NCBI GenBank assembly: GCA_043725085.1
Contig: JAYSLY010000003.1
Span: 1-59,699, forward strand
Direction of reading: 5' to 3'
DNA length: 59,699 bases
Source of the DNA: a bacterium
GTDB lineage: Bacteria > Patescibacteriota > Minisyncoccia > Moranbacterales > UBA2206
Shown here in pieces: positions 18,922 through 29,276 of this stretch (positions are counted from its first letter, which is position 1; each line of letters starts with the position of its first letter). Below the pieces are notes generated by a model that saw only the letters and a list, made by a program, of their open reading frames with translations, ran no database searches and was not told the origin of the DNA. The translations under genes and the position numbers were made by a program.

Positions 18922-19524
18922 TTAGAAGCGACCAATTTCTGCCTGAGGGCGGATAAGATACTCGCCATAGAGATCCGGGTCAAAGATATACATACTTTGT
19001 TCCTCCTCTCCTTTTTTGTTTATCCACTTAACGTGAAAAAAGTCGAAGATCTTTTCTTCACGCAAACTCAACTCCAGCGGAAGCATATCATTCAATTTTT
19101 TACCAAGATCGGTGCAGAACCTTAGACTAGACAGATACGCAAAGCATAACACCTCTTCAATGCCATGCTTATACTGCCCGGCCATTCCGCACGGAAAATG
19201 ATGATCAAGGAAAAGTGTCTTCGTCATTTTTGCCTGAAAACCCTTGACGATATTTTTAATAATGACGCTTTCCTCCTCAACATCATAGCCCTTATACTCC
19301 TGACAAACATTGAGCGTTCCCCCGAAAATCTTCACTTCATGGGGGCGGCAACTGACAGCATAACTGTGGTATTTGGAAATATCCACATCGCCGTCTGAGC
19401 AAGTTATAAGTACTCCGCCATTTTTCGTTATCTGCCTCATGTCGTTGACAGAAAAAACACGAAGAACATGCAGCTTTTTCATCCTTCTTATAAACGCCCT
19501 TTCCTCATTAGACAGATGGCCCAT
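18922..19524 (-). CDS. Hypothetical protein with CSDGD ... HHFPCGMAG motifs
   Basis: 200 aa. It has its own TTGACT-16-TATGAT promoter in the 19525-19637 spacer and shares a two-part Cys/His/Cys motif with the upstream gene. Confidence 0.6.
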   Translation of the reverse strand: MGHLSNEERAFIRRMKKLHVLRVFSVNDMRQITKNGGVLITCSDGDVDISKYHSYAVSCRPHEVKIFGGTLNVCQEYKGYDVEEESVIIKNIVKGFQAKMTKTLFLDHHFPCGMAGQYKHGIEEVLCFAYLSSLRFCTDLGKKLNDMLPLELSLREEKIFDFFHVKWINKKGEEEQSMYIFDPDLYGEYLIRPQAEIGRF

Positions 19525-19637
19525 TTTCTTTCCCTTTCTTTTTAAATATTAAACAACAACAAAACCCACCCCATGCGGGCTTTTCAAGGTACAACTAACT
19601 ATCATATACTTAAAATTTCAAAAGTCAATATGCGAAT

Positions 19638-20426
19638 TTATTCTCCCGTCTCATGCACAAAACCCTTCACTGCCACTCTGTCTCCAAATTTTGCGACTGC
19701 CTCCTTGGCAATTGATTCCATTTTCACTAACTGCTCGGCGTCTTTGGCGCAAATAATGATATAGAACGGGTCTTTCTCGCTAAATCTATCTCCAAATCCA
19801 TGATGCCCCAGTGCAATTCCAGTCAGCGTGTCCAGCTCCTCTTTCATATATTCTTCACTCAAGCCAAAGCCATAACCGCTGGAAACAAAATGTCCCGGCA
19901 TTTCAGAAAGCGCAGCCGGATTGAATTTTCCTGTTCCATCAAAACAAATCACTCGCTCGTCGTGAATTCTTCCTCGCATCTTTTCCATCGGAATGTGCTC
20001 ATACTTAGCGCCCAATTCCCCGGCCAACCACTGCGCAAAACTCATCCCCAATTCGTCCGCTGTTCCGGTTGCATTTTCTTTTTTTTGAAAAGCCTTGCCA
20101 GCTGCGCCGCAATCTTTGTGACTGGTTACTTTTGCAATCTTCCCCCGATATTCCTTGATGAATTTATCCAATTCGGAAAGGCTAAGCAAAATGCCTTCAC
20201 CGGCCAAACCCAACTTTGTTCCATCAAGCGGCAAGACTCGTCCATCCGAACAAACAATCACATCCGGTGTTGTGAAAGCCTCTTTGATATTTTCCAAAGA
20301 ATCCATCATGTTTTGCAAGCTTTCATCCTTCTTTAGTCTGCCAATAACTTCATTTTTTTGAGACTTCTCCCACAAACTCTCAACGTCATGTATTGGCTTA
20401 TCAAAATAACCGTTACCGTCTAACAT
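19638..20426 (-). CDS. Hypothetical protein with CSDGRV ... SHKDCGAAG motifs (the spacing and residues resemble beta-carbonic-anhydrase zinc ligands)
   Basis: 262 aa. It starts 41 nt after the atpC stop, with no hairpin in between. Confidence 0.6.
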   Translation of the reverse strand: MLDGNGYFDKPIHDVESLWEKSQKNEVIGRLKKDESLQNMMDSLENIKEAFTTPDVIVCSDGRVLPLDGTKLGLAGEGILLSLSELDKFIKEYRGKIAKVTSHKDCGAAGKAFQKKENATGTADELGMSFAQWLAGELGAKYEHIPMEKMRGRIHDERVICFDGTGKFNPAALSEMPGHFVSSGYGFGLSEEYMKEELDTLTGIALGHHGFGDRFSEKDPFYIIICAKDAEQLVKMESIAKEAVAKFGDRVAVKGFVHETGE

Positions 20427-20467
20427 AATGGTATTTTTTAATTTTTAGTAAATTATTTTTTACGTCA

Positions 20468-20908
20468 CTATTCCATCTTCATCCCCCGCTTTGTGTAGTG
20501 TTTTCTTGCCACATTGATCCGTGCGGATTCTTTTTGAATCGCCGCAGCGACGCGCGCATAGTCTTCATCATCAATTGAAATGACTTGATTTTTCAATTCT
20601 TCGGCGCGCTTTCTTGCTTCCTGGGCGCGAGAAAGATCAATTTCTTCCGCCCTCTCGGCCGTGTCCGCAAGAACAATGAGCGTGTTGTCGTGAAATTCAA
20701 TAAACCCGCCGGAAAGAGACAGATAACTTTCTTCGCCACCCTTTTTGATCATCAATTCACCCGGCATAAGGCTGGTGATATATGACCTGTGCTTAGGCAA
20801 GATGGTAATCTGCCCATCCGTTGTCATCATCGTAGCCTGATCAATCTCTTCTTCGAAAACAGTTTTTTCCGGCGTGACTATTTTGAATTTAATTTTCGCG
20901 TCAGACAT
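20468..20908 (-). CDS. atpC: F1 ATP synthase epsilon subunit
   Basis: Position directly after atpD, the size, and an N-terminal beta-sandwich-like sequence (KFKIVTPEKTVFEEEI). Confidence 0.9.
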   Translation of the reverse strand: MSDAKIKFKIVTPEKTVFEEEIDQATMMTTDGQITILPKHRSYITSLMPGELMIKKGGEESYLSLSGGFIEFHDNTLIVLADTAERAEEIDLSRAQEARKRAEELKNQVISIDDEDYARVAAAIQKESARINVARKHYTKRGMKME

Positions 20909-20912
20909 AAAA

Positions 20913-22313
<1,401 letters not shown>

Positions 22314-22356
22314 TTATACTAATATTTAGCTTTCTAATTTTCAATTATAAATTAGG

Positions 22357-23319
22357 CTACCCTTCCAGCGTCGCTTTTCCTGCTGAGATTTCCGCGATTT
22401 CTTGTGTGATTTTTGATTGCCTGAGCTGATTGTAGGCAAGTGTCAGCGAATCAGCCATTTCTCCGGCAGCATCCGTCGCGTTTCTCATTGCGAGCATTCG
22501 AGACGATTCTTTCGAAGCGTTTGATTCCAAAATCGCATGATAGATTTGCATTTCAATGAGACGCGGGAAAATATAATCCAATAATTCTTTCGGGCTTGGT
22601 TCAATCTTGTATTCCAAATCCGGTTCTTTGAGGCCGACTTCTTTCGCTAAAATGTCCATCTCTGCGATTTGTTTTTCCAAGTCAACTTTCGAAACCGGCA
22701 GAATTTGTCTGATTCTGGTTTGTTGGTTGATCGCTGAAACAAAGTCGGTATAGATCACTGCCACCTTGTCATATTTTTTCGCAAGATATTCTTCAATTAC
22801 AATTTTAGCGACGGCCCGCACATCTTCAATTTTCGGCAAATAGGTCAATTCCGGAAAAGTGGCCACAATCTCTTTGTCGAGCCTCCTCACCATCGCTTCG
22901 CCTTTTTTTCCAATTGTGATAAAATCAATTTTTAGGTCGACGTTGGAAACTATTGCTTCGATTTTTTTATCCCCGATGCGATTTATTTTCAATTTCTCAG
23001 GATTATTAATTTCATCTTTGATTTTTTTCGCCACCTGAGCATTAAATGATCCGCAAAGTCCTCGGTTTGATGCAATCGCGATCACGAGCACGCTTTTGAC
23101 TTCACGCACCTCCAAAAGTCCTTGACGATGATCCTTGAAAGCACGCGCCAAATTGGTGAGCACGCTCCACGCCGAATGAGCGTATGGCCGAATACCAACC
23201 ACACTCGCCACACTGCGGCGCATTTTGGCAGCCGAAACCATCTCCATCGCGCGGGTGATTTTTTTAGTGTTATTAATCGATTTGATTCGACGTTTGATGT
23301 CGCGAGCACTTGATGCCAT
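22357..23319 (-). CDS. atpG: F1 ATP synthase gamma subunit
   Basis: N-terminal IKRRIKSINNTKKITRAMEMVSAAKMRR and C-terminal ITQEIAEISAG. Confidence 0.92.
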   Translation of the reverse strand: MASSARDIKRRIKSINNTKKITRAMEMVSAAKMRRSVASVVGIRPYAHSAWSVLTNLARAFKDHRQGLLEVREVKSVLVIAIASNRGLCGSFNAQVAKKIKDEINNPEKLKINRIGDKKIEAIVSNVDLKIDFITIGKKGEAMVRRLDKEIVATFPELTYLPKIEDVRAVAKIVIEEYLAKKYDKVAVIYTDFVSAINQQTRIRQILPVSKVDLEKQIAEMDILAKEVGLKEPDLEYKIEPSPKELLDYIFPRLIEMQIYHAILESNASKESSRMLAMRNATDAAGEMADSLTLAYNQLRQSKITQEIAEISAGKATLEG

Positions 23320-23324
23320 TTCCC

Positions 23325-23437
23325 AATTTTTAATTTTGTAATTTTATAATTTTTAAATAATTTCTAATGCTTAAATTTTTAAACATTAAAAATTGAGATT
23401 TGTTTATAAAATTAAAAATTTAAAATTTAAAATTTAT
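23325..23437. repeat. AT-rich AAATTT/AAAATTT repeat tract between atpA and atpG
   Basis: Seen directly. It is the same family as 7831-7960. Confidence 0.6.
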
Positions 23438-23438
23438 C

Positions 23439-24980
23439 CTAATTCCCGTTCTGATACACCTCCTTGAACTCCTTAATCGCTCCAACCAATCTCTCCACCA
23501 CCTCATCTGTCAGATCTTTTTTTTCTGTAATTAGTTCCATTACCGGTTTCGCTGATGAATCCAAATACTTGTGAAAATCTCGTTCCCACTTGGACACTTG
23601 CTCTACAGCCACATCATCCAAAAATCCGTTGATCACCGCATAGATGATAGCCACCTGATGCTCTACAAGCATCGGCTCATATTGGCCTTGCTTCAAAATT
23701 TCCACAGTTCTTTTTCCTCTTTCAATTCTTTGTCTGGTATTTTCATCCAGGTCCGATCCAAATTGCGCAAAGGCTTCCAGCTCTCTAAATTGCGCAATAT
23801 CAAGCCTCAATTTTCCCGCCACTTTTTTCATGGCTTTTGTTTGCGCGGAAGAACCCACGCGTGACACTGAAATTCCCACATTGAGTGCCGGGCGAATTCC
23901 TTTGTAGAACAGATCGGCTTCGAGATAAATTTGCCCGTCAGTAATGGAAATCACGTTAGTCGGAATATAGGCACTTACATCGCCAGACTGAGTTTCAATG
24001 ATTGGTAGGGCAGTGATAGAACCACCGCCAAAATTTTCATTAAGTTTTGCACTACGCTCCAAAAGTCGGGAATGGATATAGAAAACATCGCCAGGATAGG
24101 CTTCGCGTCCCGGTGGACGACGCAAGATCAAAGAAATTTGACGATAGGCCCAGGCGTGACGAGAAAGATCATCGTAAATTATGAGAACGTCCTCACCCTT
24201 GTCCATAAAAAATTCTCCGAGAGTACAGCCGGCATATGGCGCGATATATGAAAGCGGAGCCGGGTCAGACGCTCCGGCCACAACCACCGTGGTATATTCC
24301 ATTGCTCCACGCGCTTCAAGTTCTGCTACGATTCTTGCGATCTTGGATTCTTTTTGTCCAATTGCCACATAGATACATTTCACATTTTGACCTTTTTGAT
24401 TAATAATTGTATCCACGGCAATGGCAGTCTTTCCCGTTTGACGGTCTCCAATAATCAGCTCGCGCTGTCCGCGACCGATTGGAATCATCGCGTCAATTGC
24501 CTTGATTCCTGTTTGTAGTGGCTGGTGCACAGATTTTCGCGTGATTACACCGGGAGCAATTTTCTCGATCGGCATAAATTTGTCCGCCACAATCATTCCT
24601 TTGCCATCAATCGGAACCCCTAGCGGATTGATCACGCGTCCGATAAAATTGTCAGAAACCGGTACAGAAAGCACGCGCCCAGTTGATCTCACCGTGTCAC
24701 CCTCCTTAATTCCTTCATAAGCGCCCAAAACCATCGCGCCAATGCGGTCTTCCTCCAAGTTGAGTACCATGCCATAAATCGGCTCTACATCTTTTTCCGT
24801 TTCATTTCCGTGTGATTTTATGAACTCAACCATTTCGCTAGACACAGCATTCTTAAGACCAATGATGCGCGCCACACCGTCGCCAACTTCCACCACGGTG
24901 CCAACTTTCTCAGTTGTCGCAACAGCTTCAAACTCGCTGATTTGTTTTTTTAAGCTTTCAATGATGTAGTCCTTATTCAT
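23439..24980 (-). CDS. atpA: F1 ATP synthase alpha subunit
   Basis: Walker A GDRQTGKT plus [33 protein letters not shown]. Confidence 0.97.
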   Translation of the reverse strand: MNKDYIIESLKKQISEFEAVATTEKVGTVVEVGDGVARIIGLKNAVSSEMVEFIKSHGNETEKDVEPIYGMVLNLEEDRIGAMVLGAYEGIKEGDTVRSTGRVLSVPVSDNFIGRVINPLGVPIDGKGMIVADKFMPIEKIAPGVITRKSVHQPLQTGIKAIDAMIPIGRGQRELIIGDRQTGKTAIAVDTIINQKGQNVKCIYVAIGQKESKIARIVAELEARGAMEYTTVVVAGASDPAPLSYIAPYAGCTLGEFFMDKGEDVLIIYDDLSRHAWAYRQISLILRRPPGREAYPGDVFYIHSRLLERSAKLNENFGGGSITALPIIETQSGDVSAYIPTNVISITDGQIYLEADLFYKGIRPALNVGISVSRVGSSAQTKAMKKVAGKLRLDIAQFRELEAFAQFGSDLDENTRQRIERGKRTVEILKQGQYEPMLVEHQVAIIYAVINGFLDDVAVEQVSKWERDFHKYLDSSAKPVMELITEKKDLTDEVVERLVGAIKEFKEVYQNGN

Positions 24981-25097
24981 AATTTTTAATTTGAAATTTA
25001 AAATTTGAAATCAATTTTAAATGTCTCAATTTAGAATTTAGTAATTTAGCCTTGATTTTAAATTTAAAATTTAGCCTTTAAAATTTGTTAAGCGCTA
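24981..25097. repeat. AT-rich repeat tract containing TTGATTTTAAATTTAAAATTTAG (25052-25074)
   Basis: Seen directly. Confidence 0.65.
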
Positions 25098-25150
25098 ATC
25101 CCCTAATACTAGCCTATTTAGGCGAATATTGGAAGATTAGGACTTAACTA

Positions 25151-25179
25151 TTGACTTTTTGGTTTTTTTGGTGTACAAT
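25151..25179 (+). promoter_or_regulatory. Near-consensus promoter, TTGACT-17-TACAAT
   Basis: Exact 17-nt spacer. It sits 55 nt upstream of ATG 25234, which is preceded by AAGGAG. Confidence 0.7.
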
Positions 25180-25233
25180 TGCGGGTTGACAATGGTGTCG
25201 ATAAATAAAAATTCTTTAAGAAGGAGACAGAAA

Positions 25234-25395
25234 ATGAGAAAAAAACACCTGAGTGTCTATACTACCGTTATCGGAGTACTGCTTTTTATTATAGCAGTGG
25301 TGGGCGTTCCAGATGAATACAGCTTTTTGGTATTCATATCGTTTACCGGCGGGCTGCTGGCGGGACATGGCCCCCATTTATTTTTCAAAAAATAA
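25234..25395 (+). CDS. Small (53 aa) two-TM membrane protein, antisense-oriented inside the atp operon
   Basis: MRKKHLSVYTTVIGVLLFIIAVVGVPDEYSFLVFISFTGGLLAGHGPHLFFKK. It has a strong RBS, its own promoter and its own terminator. Confidence 0.6.
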   Translation: MRKKHLSVYTTVIGVLLFIIAVVGVPDEYSFLVFISFTGGLLAGHGPHLFFKK

Positions 25396-25422
25396 ACCAT
25401 CCGCGCCCCCTCTACTAGCAAG

Positions 25423-25458
25423 GCTGCTAATTCTTTTCACAGAATTGGCAGCTTTTTT
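25423..25458 (+). terminator. Intrinsic terminator of the small membrane-protein gene
   Basis: 12-bp stem GCTGCTAATTCT/AGAATTGGCAGC (one G-U pair) followed by T6. Confidence 0.75.
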
Positions 25459-25511
25459 ATTTTCTCAAAGAACTTTCTTTTTGTCATCCTGAGTGGAATA
25501 AATTTTCAAAA

Positions 25512-25913
25512 TCAGCTGCTCAAATCTTTTCGCATTTTTTTTAGGCTTCCTGCCACACTTGCGTCAAAAATTTCATCTCCCACTCTCACAATCACTCCAC
25601 CACCAATTTTCTCATCAATCAGATTTCTAATCACTACTTTTTCTGCTTGGTATTTTTCTTTAATATACCTACTCAGCTTATCAACTAATTCACTATCTAA
25701 TTTTTCGCAGGACTTAACTTCCGCTTCAATTATTCCGTTTTTGAAATTCGAGATTTCTTCAAATTTTTTGACTATTTCGTTTTTAAGTTTCATCTGAGCG
25801 TTTTTTCGCAAAACCCTTAGCATATTTTTCACCGCCAAATCAGCACCGGCATTGTCAGTGTCGATTGTCAGTTCGTATAGTGCTTTAGCATATTGATTAG
25901 CTGTAACTTTCAT
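25512..25913 (-). CDS. atpH: F1 ATP synthase delta subunit (short form)
   Basis: MKVTANQYAKALYEL N-terminus, typical of delta/OSCP, plus its position in the operon. I chose ATG 25913 over the TTG at 25931. Confidence 0.8.
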   Translation of the reverse strand: MKVTANQYAKALYELTIDTDNAGADLAVKNMLRVLRKNAQMKLKNEIVKKFEEISNFKNGIIEAEVKSCEKLDSELVDKLSRYIKEKYQAEKVVIRNLIDEKIGGGVIVRVGDEIFDASVAGSLKKMRKDLSS

Positions 25914-25943
25914 AACTTTTTGGCACAACAACCTTTTTTTCTT

Positions 25944-26119
25944 GTCATTCCCGCACCCGCCTCCGCGAGTATAAACTCCGGCGGGAATCCAGGTTCCACT
26001 AGCATCAAACTCTAGAAAATCGAATTATATACCCTCTAACTTCTTATTTTAACCAACTTATTCTGTTTTTCTTTATCGTTAACTTGAGGTGCCTGGATCC
26101 CCGACTACTCGGGGATGAC
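25944..26119. mobile_element. MITE-like element, copy 2, between atpF and atpH
   Basis: The left arm GTCATTCCCGC...GGCGGGAATCCAGG has an expanded loop. The right arm is CCTGGATCCCCGACTACTCGGGGATGAC. The interior matches copy 3. Confidence 0.75.
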
Positions 26120-26128
26120 ACGGACGAC

Positions 26129-26617
26129 CTACTTTATTGCTTTTTCAATCAAATCCTTATCTTTATTCTTATCCAATTTTTCTCCAATAATCTTCTCTGT
26201 CGCCAAAACAACCAGATCCGCGATTTCACCTTTCACTTCAGTTAGCATCTTATTTTTCTCCTGCTCAATCTGGCTTTTGGCGCTGACGAGGAGTTTTTCG
26301 CTTTGATTCCTCGCCTCAAGCACAATACTCATTGAATTAGCCTTAGCCTGTTCTTCGGCCGCTTTGATAATTTCTTGCGCTTCTTTTTTGGCCACTGCCA
26401 TCACTTCCTTTTCTTTCTCCACAATCTCTTCCAATTTTTTGCCAGCGGCGTCGGCATCTTTGAGACCTTTTTCAATTTTGCTCGTTCGGCTATTTAGAGC
26501 TTTCAGGACTGGCTTATAGGCAAACTTATAGAGCACGAAGAGGACAATTGCAAAGTTGACCATCTGCGCAACGAGGAGATTGACTTCAATGTGAAATGTT
26601 TTGATGAGTTCGTCCAT
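26129..26617 (-). CDS. atpF: Fo ATP synthase b subunit
   Basis: An N-terminal TM segment, then a long charged helix (EKGLKDADAAGKKLEEIVEKEKE...). The start is probably ATG 26617. Confidence 0.85.
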   Translation of the reverse strand: MDELIKTFHIEVNLLVAQMVNFAIVLFVLYKFAYKPVLKALNSRTSKIEKGLKDADAAGKKLEEIVEKEKEVMAVAKKEAQEIIKAAEEQAKANSMSIVLEARNQSEKLLVSAKSQIEQEKNKMLTEVKGEIADLVVLATEKIIGEKLDKNKDKDLIEKAIK

Positions 26618-26852
26618 CTTTTTGCAATAACCAAAAAACAAGTGACGAGATACAAACAATTTCCGATAATTAACTCCGGAATCGCAAAAATTTGATTATT
26701 GCTTTTTTCGGAATTGTGATTTGTTTGCCTGCCTGCCGGTAGGCAGGTTTCTTGTGTCTTGTGTCTTGGAATTTTAATAAATATCTTAAACTTGGAATTA
26801 TTTTAAATAATCTCGCTTTGCCCCACTTTTTGAAAAAATGAGGCATCTGAAA

Positions 26853-27092
<240 letters not shown>

Positions 27093-27150
27093 CTAATTGT
27101 GATTGTTTTTAAAGTCGCCGCGAGAATAAATTTAAAAAAATTAATTAACC

Positions 27151-28011
27151 CTAATGTTCATGCTGCTCTGTTGCTATCGTTAAATATACCAATGCTAATA
27201 TCGAAAAAATGAGCGCCTGAATTATTCCCACAATCATTTCCAAAAACATAAACGGCAATGGCAAGACATAGGCGAAAAGCGCCATCATCGAAGCTAAAAG
27301 CACTTCGCCGGCAAAAATATTGCCAAAGAGACGAAAAGTGAGTGAGGCCATCTTGGCAAATTCACTGATAATTTCCACCAGGCCCACAAAAATCTTGATT
27401 GGATTCACGAGCACAATCGTGAAATCTTTTCTGATTTTGCCCGGAATTTCCAAGAGTAATTTCACATTCACAAATTTATTAAAATAATTCCAAGCACCAA
27501 CTGTGAGCACACCCGCCACATGCGAAGCAACCACAGCAAAAAGAGCAAGTGCGAGAGTTGTGTTGATGTCTGCTGTTCCTCCGCGAAAAAGAGGGATAAA
27601 AAGCTTATGTCCCTCTTCCACTTCATTAAAACCAATCGTGCCCATACCAGGAATGAGTCCTAGCCAATTATTCACAAAAATGAACAAAAAAAGCGCCAAA
27701 GAAATGGGCAAAAACTTTTCTGATTTTTTGCGCGATCCCGTGACACTATCAGCCAGCTCTAAGGCTTTTTCCAAAATAATTTCAAAGATATTTTGCAAGC
27801 CTCTCGGCACTTTGCGAACTTTCTTCCCAACCGAAACGAGAAAGATAACCAAAATAACAACGGAAACCCAACTAGCTAAAAGTGAATTGGTAACAGTAAG
27901 CTTCCCAATATGCCCCAGGCTTTCGGCAAAAAGCGTCGCCTCATGGCTCGCCTCGATATTTGGCGCTTGGGACGTTTGCGTATTTGTTGTTATGACGGTC
28001 TGCTCTGCCAT
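27151..28011 (-). CDS. atpB: Fo ATP synthase a subunit
   Basis: Polytopic membrane protein with LTFRLFGNIFAGE (conserved Arg helix). Confidence 0.92.
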   Translation of the reverse strand: MAEQTVITTNTQTSQAPNIEASHEATLFAESLGHIGKLTVTNSLLASWVSVVILVIFLVSVGKKVRKVPRGLQNIFEIILEKALELADSVTGSRKKSEKFLPISLALFLFIFVNNWLGLIPGMGTIGFNEVEEGHKLFIPLFRGGTADINTTLALALFAVVASHVAGVLTVGAWNYFNKFVNVKLLLEIPGKIRKDFTIVLVNPIKIFVGLVEIISEFAKMASLTFRLFGNIFAGEVLLASMMALFAYVLPLPFMFLEMIVGIIQALIFSILALVYLTIATEQHEH

Positions 28012-28013
28012 AA

Positions 28014-28319
28014 TTATTTCACTTTATTTATATCCCCTTCTCCCGATTTATTTTTCATTTCCTTCTCTTTTTTCGCGTCATCTTCAATCTTTTTCATCAC
28101 CACGAGCGTGTCTTTCACAATTCCATAAGCAGAGACAAAAAAGGCCACTCCGACGCAAAGCAAGAACAGTTTTGGCTCAGTCCCGTAGCGATTGTCTAGC
28201 CATTTTCCCAAAAACAGAGCGAAAATAATCGGCCCGCCAATCCAGCCGCTGAGCTTTCCAAACAAAACCAAACTCGGCTGCCACCACAGCATCTTTATTT
28301 CCTTTTTCTTGCTATTCAT
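28014..28319 (-). CDS. AtpI/AtpZ-like small membrane protein at the head of the atp operon
   Basis: Two TM segments, located immediately upstream of atpB. The call is positional. Confidence 0.55.
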   Translation of the reverse strand: MNSKKKEIKMLWWQPSLVLFGKLSGWIGGPIIFALFLGKWLDNRYGTEPKLFLLCVGVAFFVSAYGIVKDTLVVMKKIEDDAKKEKEMKNKSGEGDINKVK

Positions 28320-28386
28320 ATTTTAGATTACTCTACCCTTCTATTCTCCTGCAAAATGGGGAAAAAGTCAATAACAGCAAATTTCC

Positions 28387-28434
28387 AAAACAGAAGCTAA
28401 GCTTCTGGAGCTCCAGAAGCTTAGCTTCTGTTTT
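28387..28434. terminator. 48-nt perfect palindrome, a double hairpin (CAGAAGCTAAGCTTCTG GAGCTC CAGAAGCTTAGCTTCTG flanked by AAAA/TTTT)
   Basis: Read directly. It lies between the tatD stop and the atp promoter region and has T-runs on both strands. Confidence 0.75.
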
Positions 28435-28442
28435 ATTCTGCG

Positions 28443-29276
28443 CTAGATTCCAAAAAACCTCCCCGCCGTGTTTGTTGTAATTTTAGCTAATTCCTCTAAA
28501 TCCAGATTTTTCACTTCCGCGATTTTTTGCGCGACATATTTCACAAACAACGGCTCATTTCTTTTTCCCCGCATTGGCATTGGCGCCAAATAGGGGCAAT
28601 CGGTTTCGAGCATAATACGTTCAATCGAGACATTTTTAATCACAGTAAAAATTTCCGCGCCGGTTTTGTTATAGGTAATATTTCCGGCAAAAGAAATTAG
28701 CATATTTTCTTTTTCCAAAATTTTTTCCACGAAAGTCAATTGCCCGCCAAAACTGTGCCAGACAAACTTCAACTCCGGAAATTGCGAAACAATTGCAAAA
28801 ACATCTTCATAGGCATCATCGGCTTCGCGATACGCATTTGGCACGACTGGACGCGACCCGCGACAATGCGAAATAACCGGTAACTTTAATTCTTTTGCAA
28901 ATTCCAGTTGAAGCATAAAGCCTTTTTTCTGCAATTTTTTTTGCTCTTCGGTAATTAGGCTTCCATCAGGGATAAAATAATCCAAACCAATCTCGCCAAT
29001 GGCAACCACTTTCTTACTCGAAGCTAGTGCCTTAAATTCAGGAATCTTGTCAAAACTTTGCTCGCCATATTCCATGAAATAATGCGGATGTAGTCCAATG
29101 GAACAAAAAATATTTTCATACTTCTCCGCCAGCACTACTGAACGCTGGCTACTCCCCAATCCCGCACCGATGTTGATGATTTTTTCCACGCCAAAAGAAT
29201 TAGCCCGCGCTAAAACTTCCTCGCGATCTACGTCAAATTGCTTGTCATCCAAATGGGCGTGAGTGTCGATTAGCAT
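28443..29276 (-). CDS. tatD: TatD-family metal-dependent hydrolase
   Basis: MLIDTHAHLDD start and conserved His/Asp positions (GLHPH, EIGLD, HCR, ETDCPYL). Confidence 0.9.
   Translation of the reverse strand: MLIDTHAHLDDKQFDVDREEVLARANSFGVEKIINIGAGLGSSQRSVVLAEKYENIFCSIGLHPHYFMEYGEQSFDKIPEFKALASSKKVVAIGEIGLDYFIPDGSLITEEQKKLQKKGFMLQLEFAKELKLPVISHCRGSRPVVPNAYREADDAYEDVFAIVSQFPELKFVWHSFGGQLTFVEKILEKENMLISFAGNITYNKTGAEIFTVIKNVSIERIMLETDCPYLAPMPMRGKRNEPLFVKYVAQKIAEVKNLDLEELAKITTNTAGRFFGI

Noticed and set aside
27503-28228. Long antisense ORFs in the track (for example 27503-28228, 32757-33515, 53525-54202, 8083-8607, 14646-15179, 35803-36258)
   Set aside because: Each lies entirely opposite a confidently identified gene (atpB, M16 peptidase, rfbC, DUF4012, the LysM protein, glyQS). 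Each has a low-complexity or Arg/Ser/Phe-rich shadow composition.
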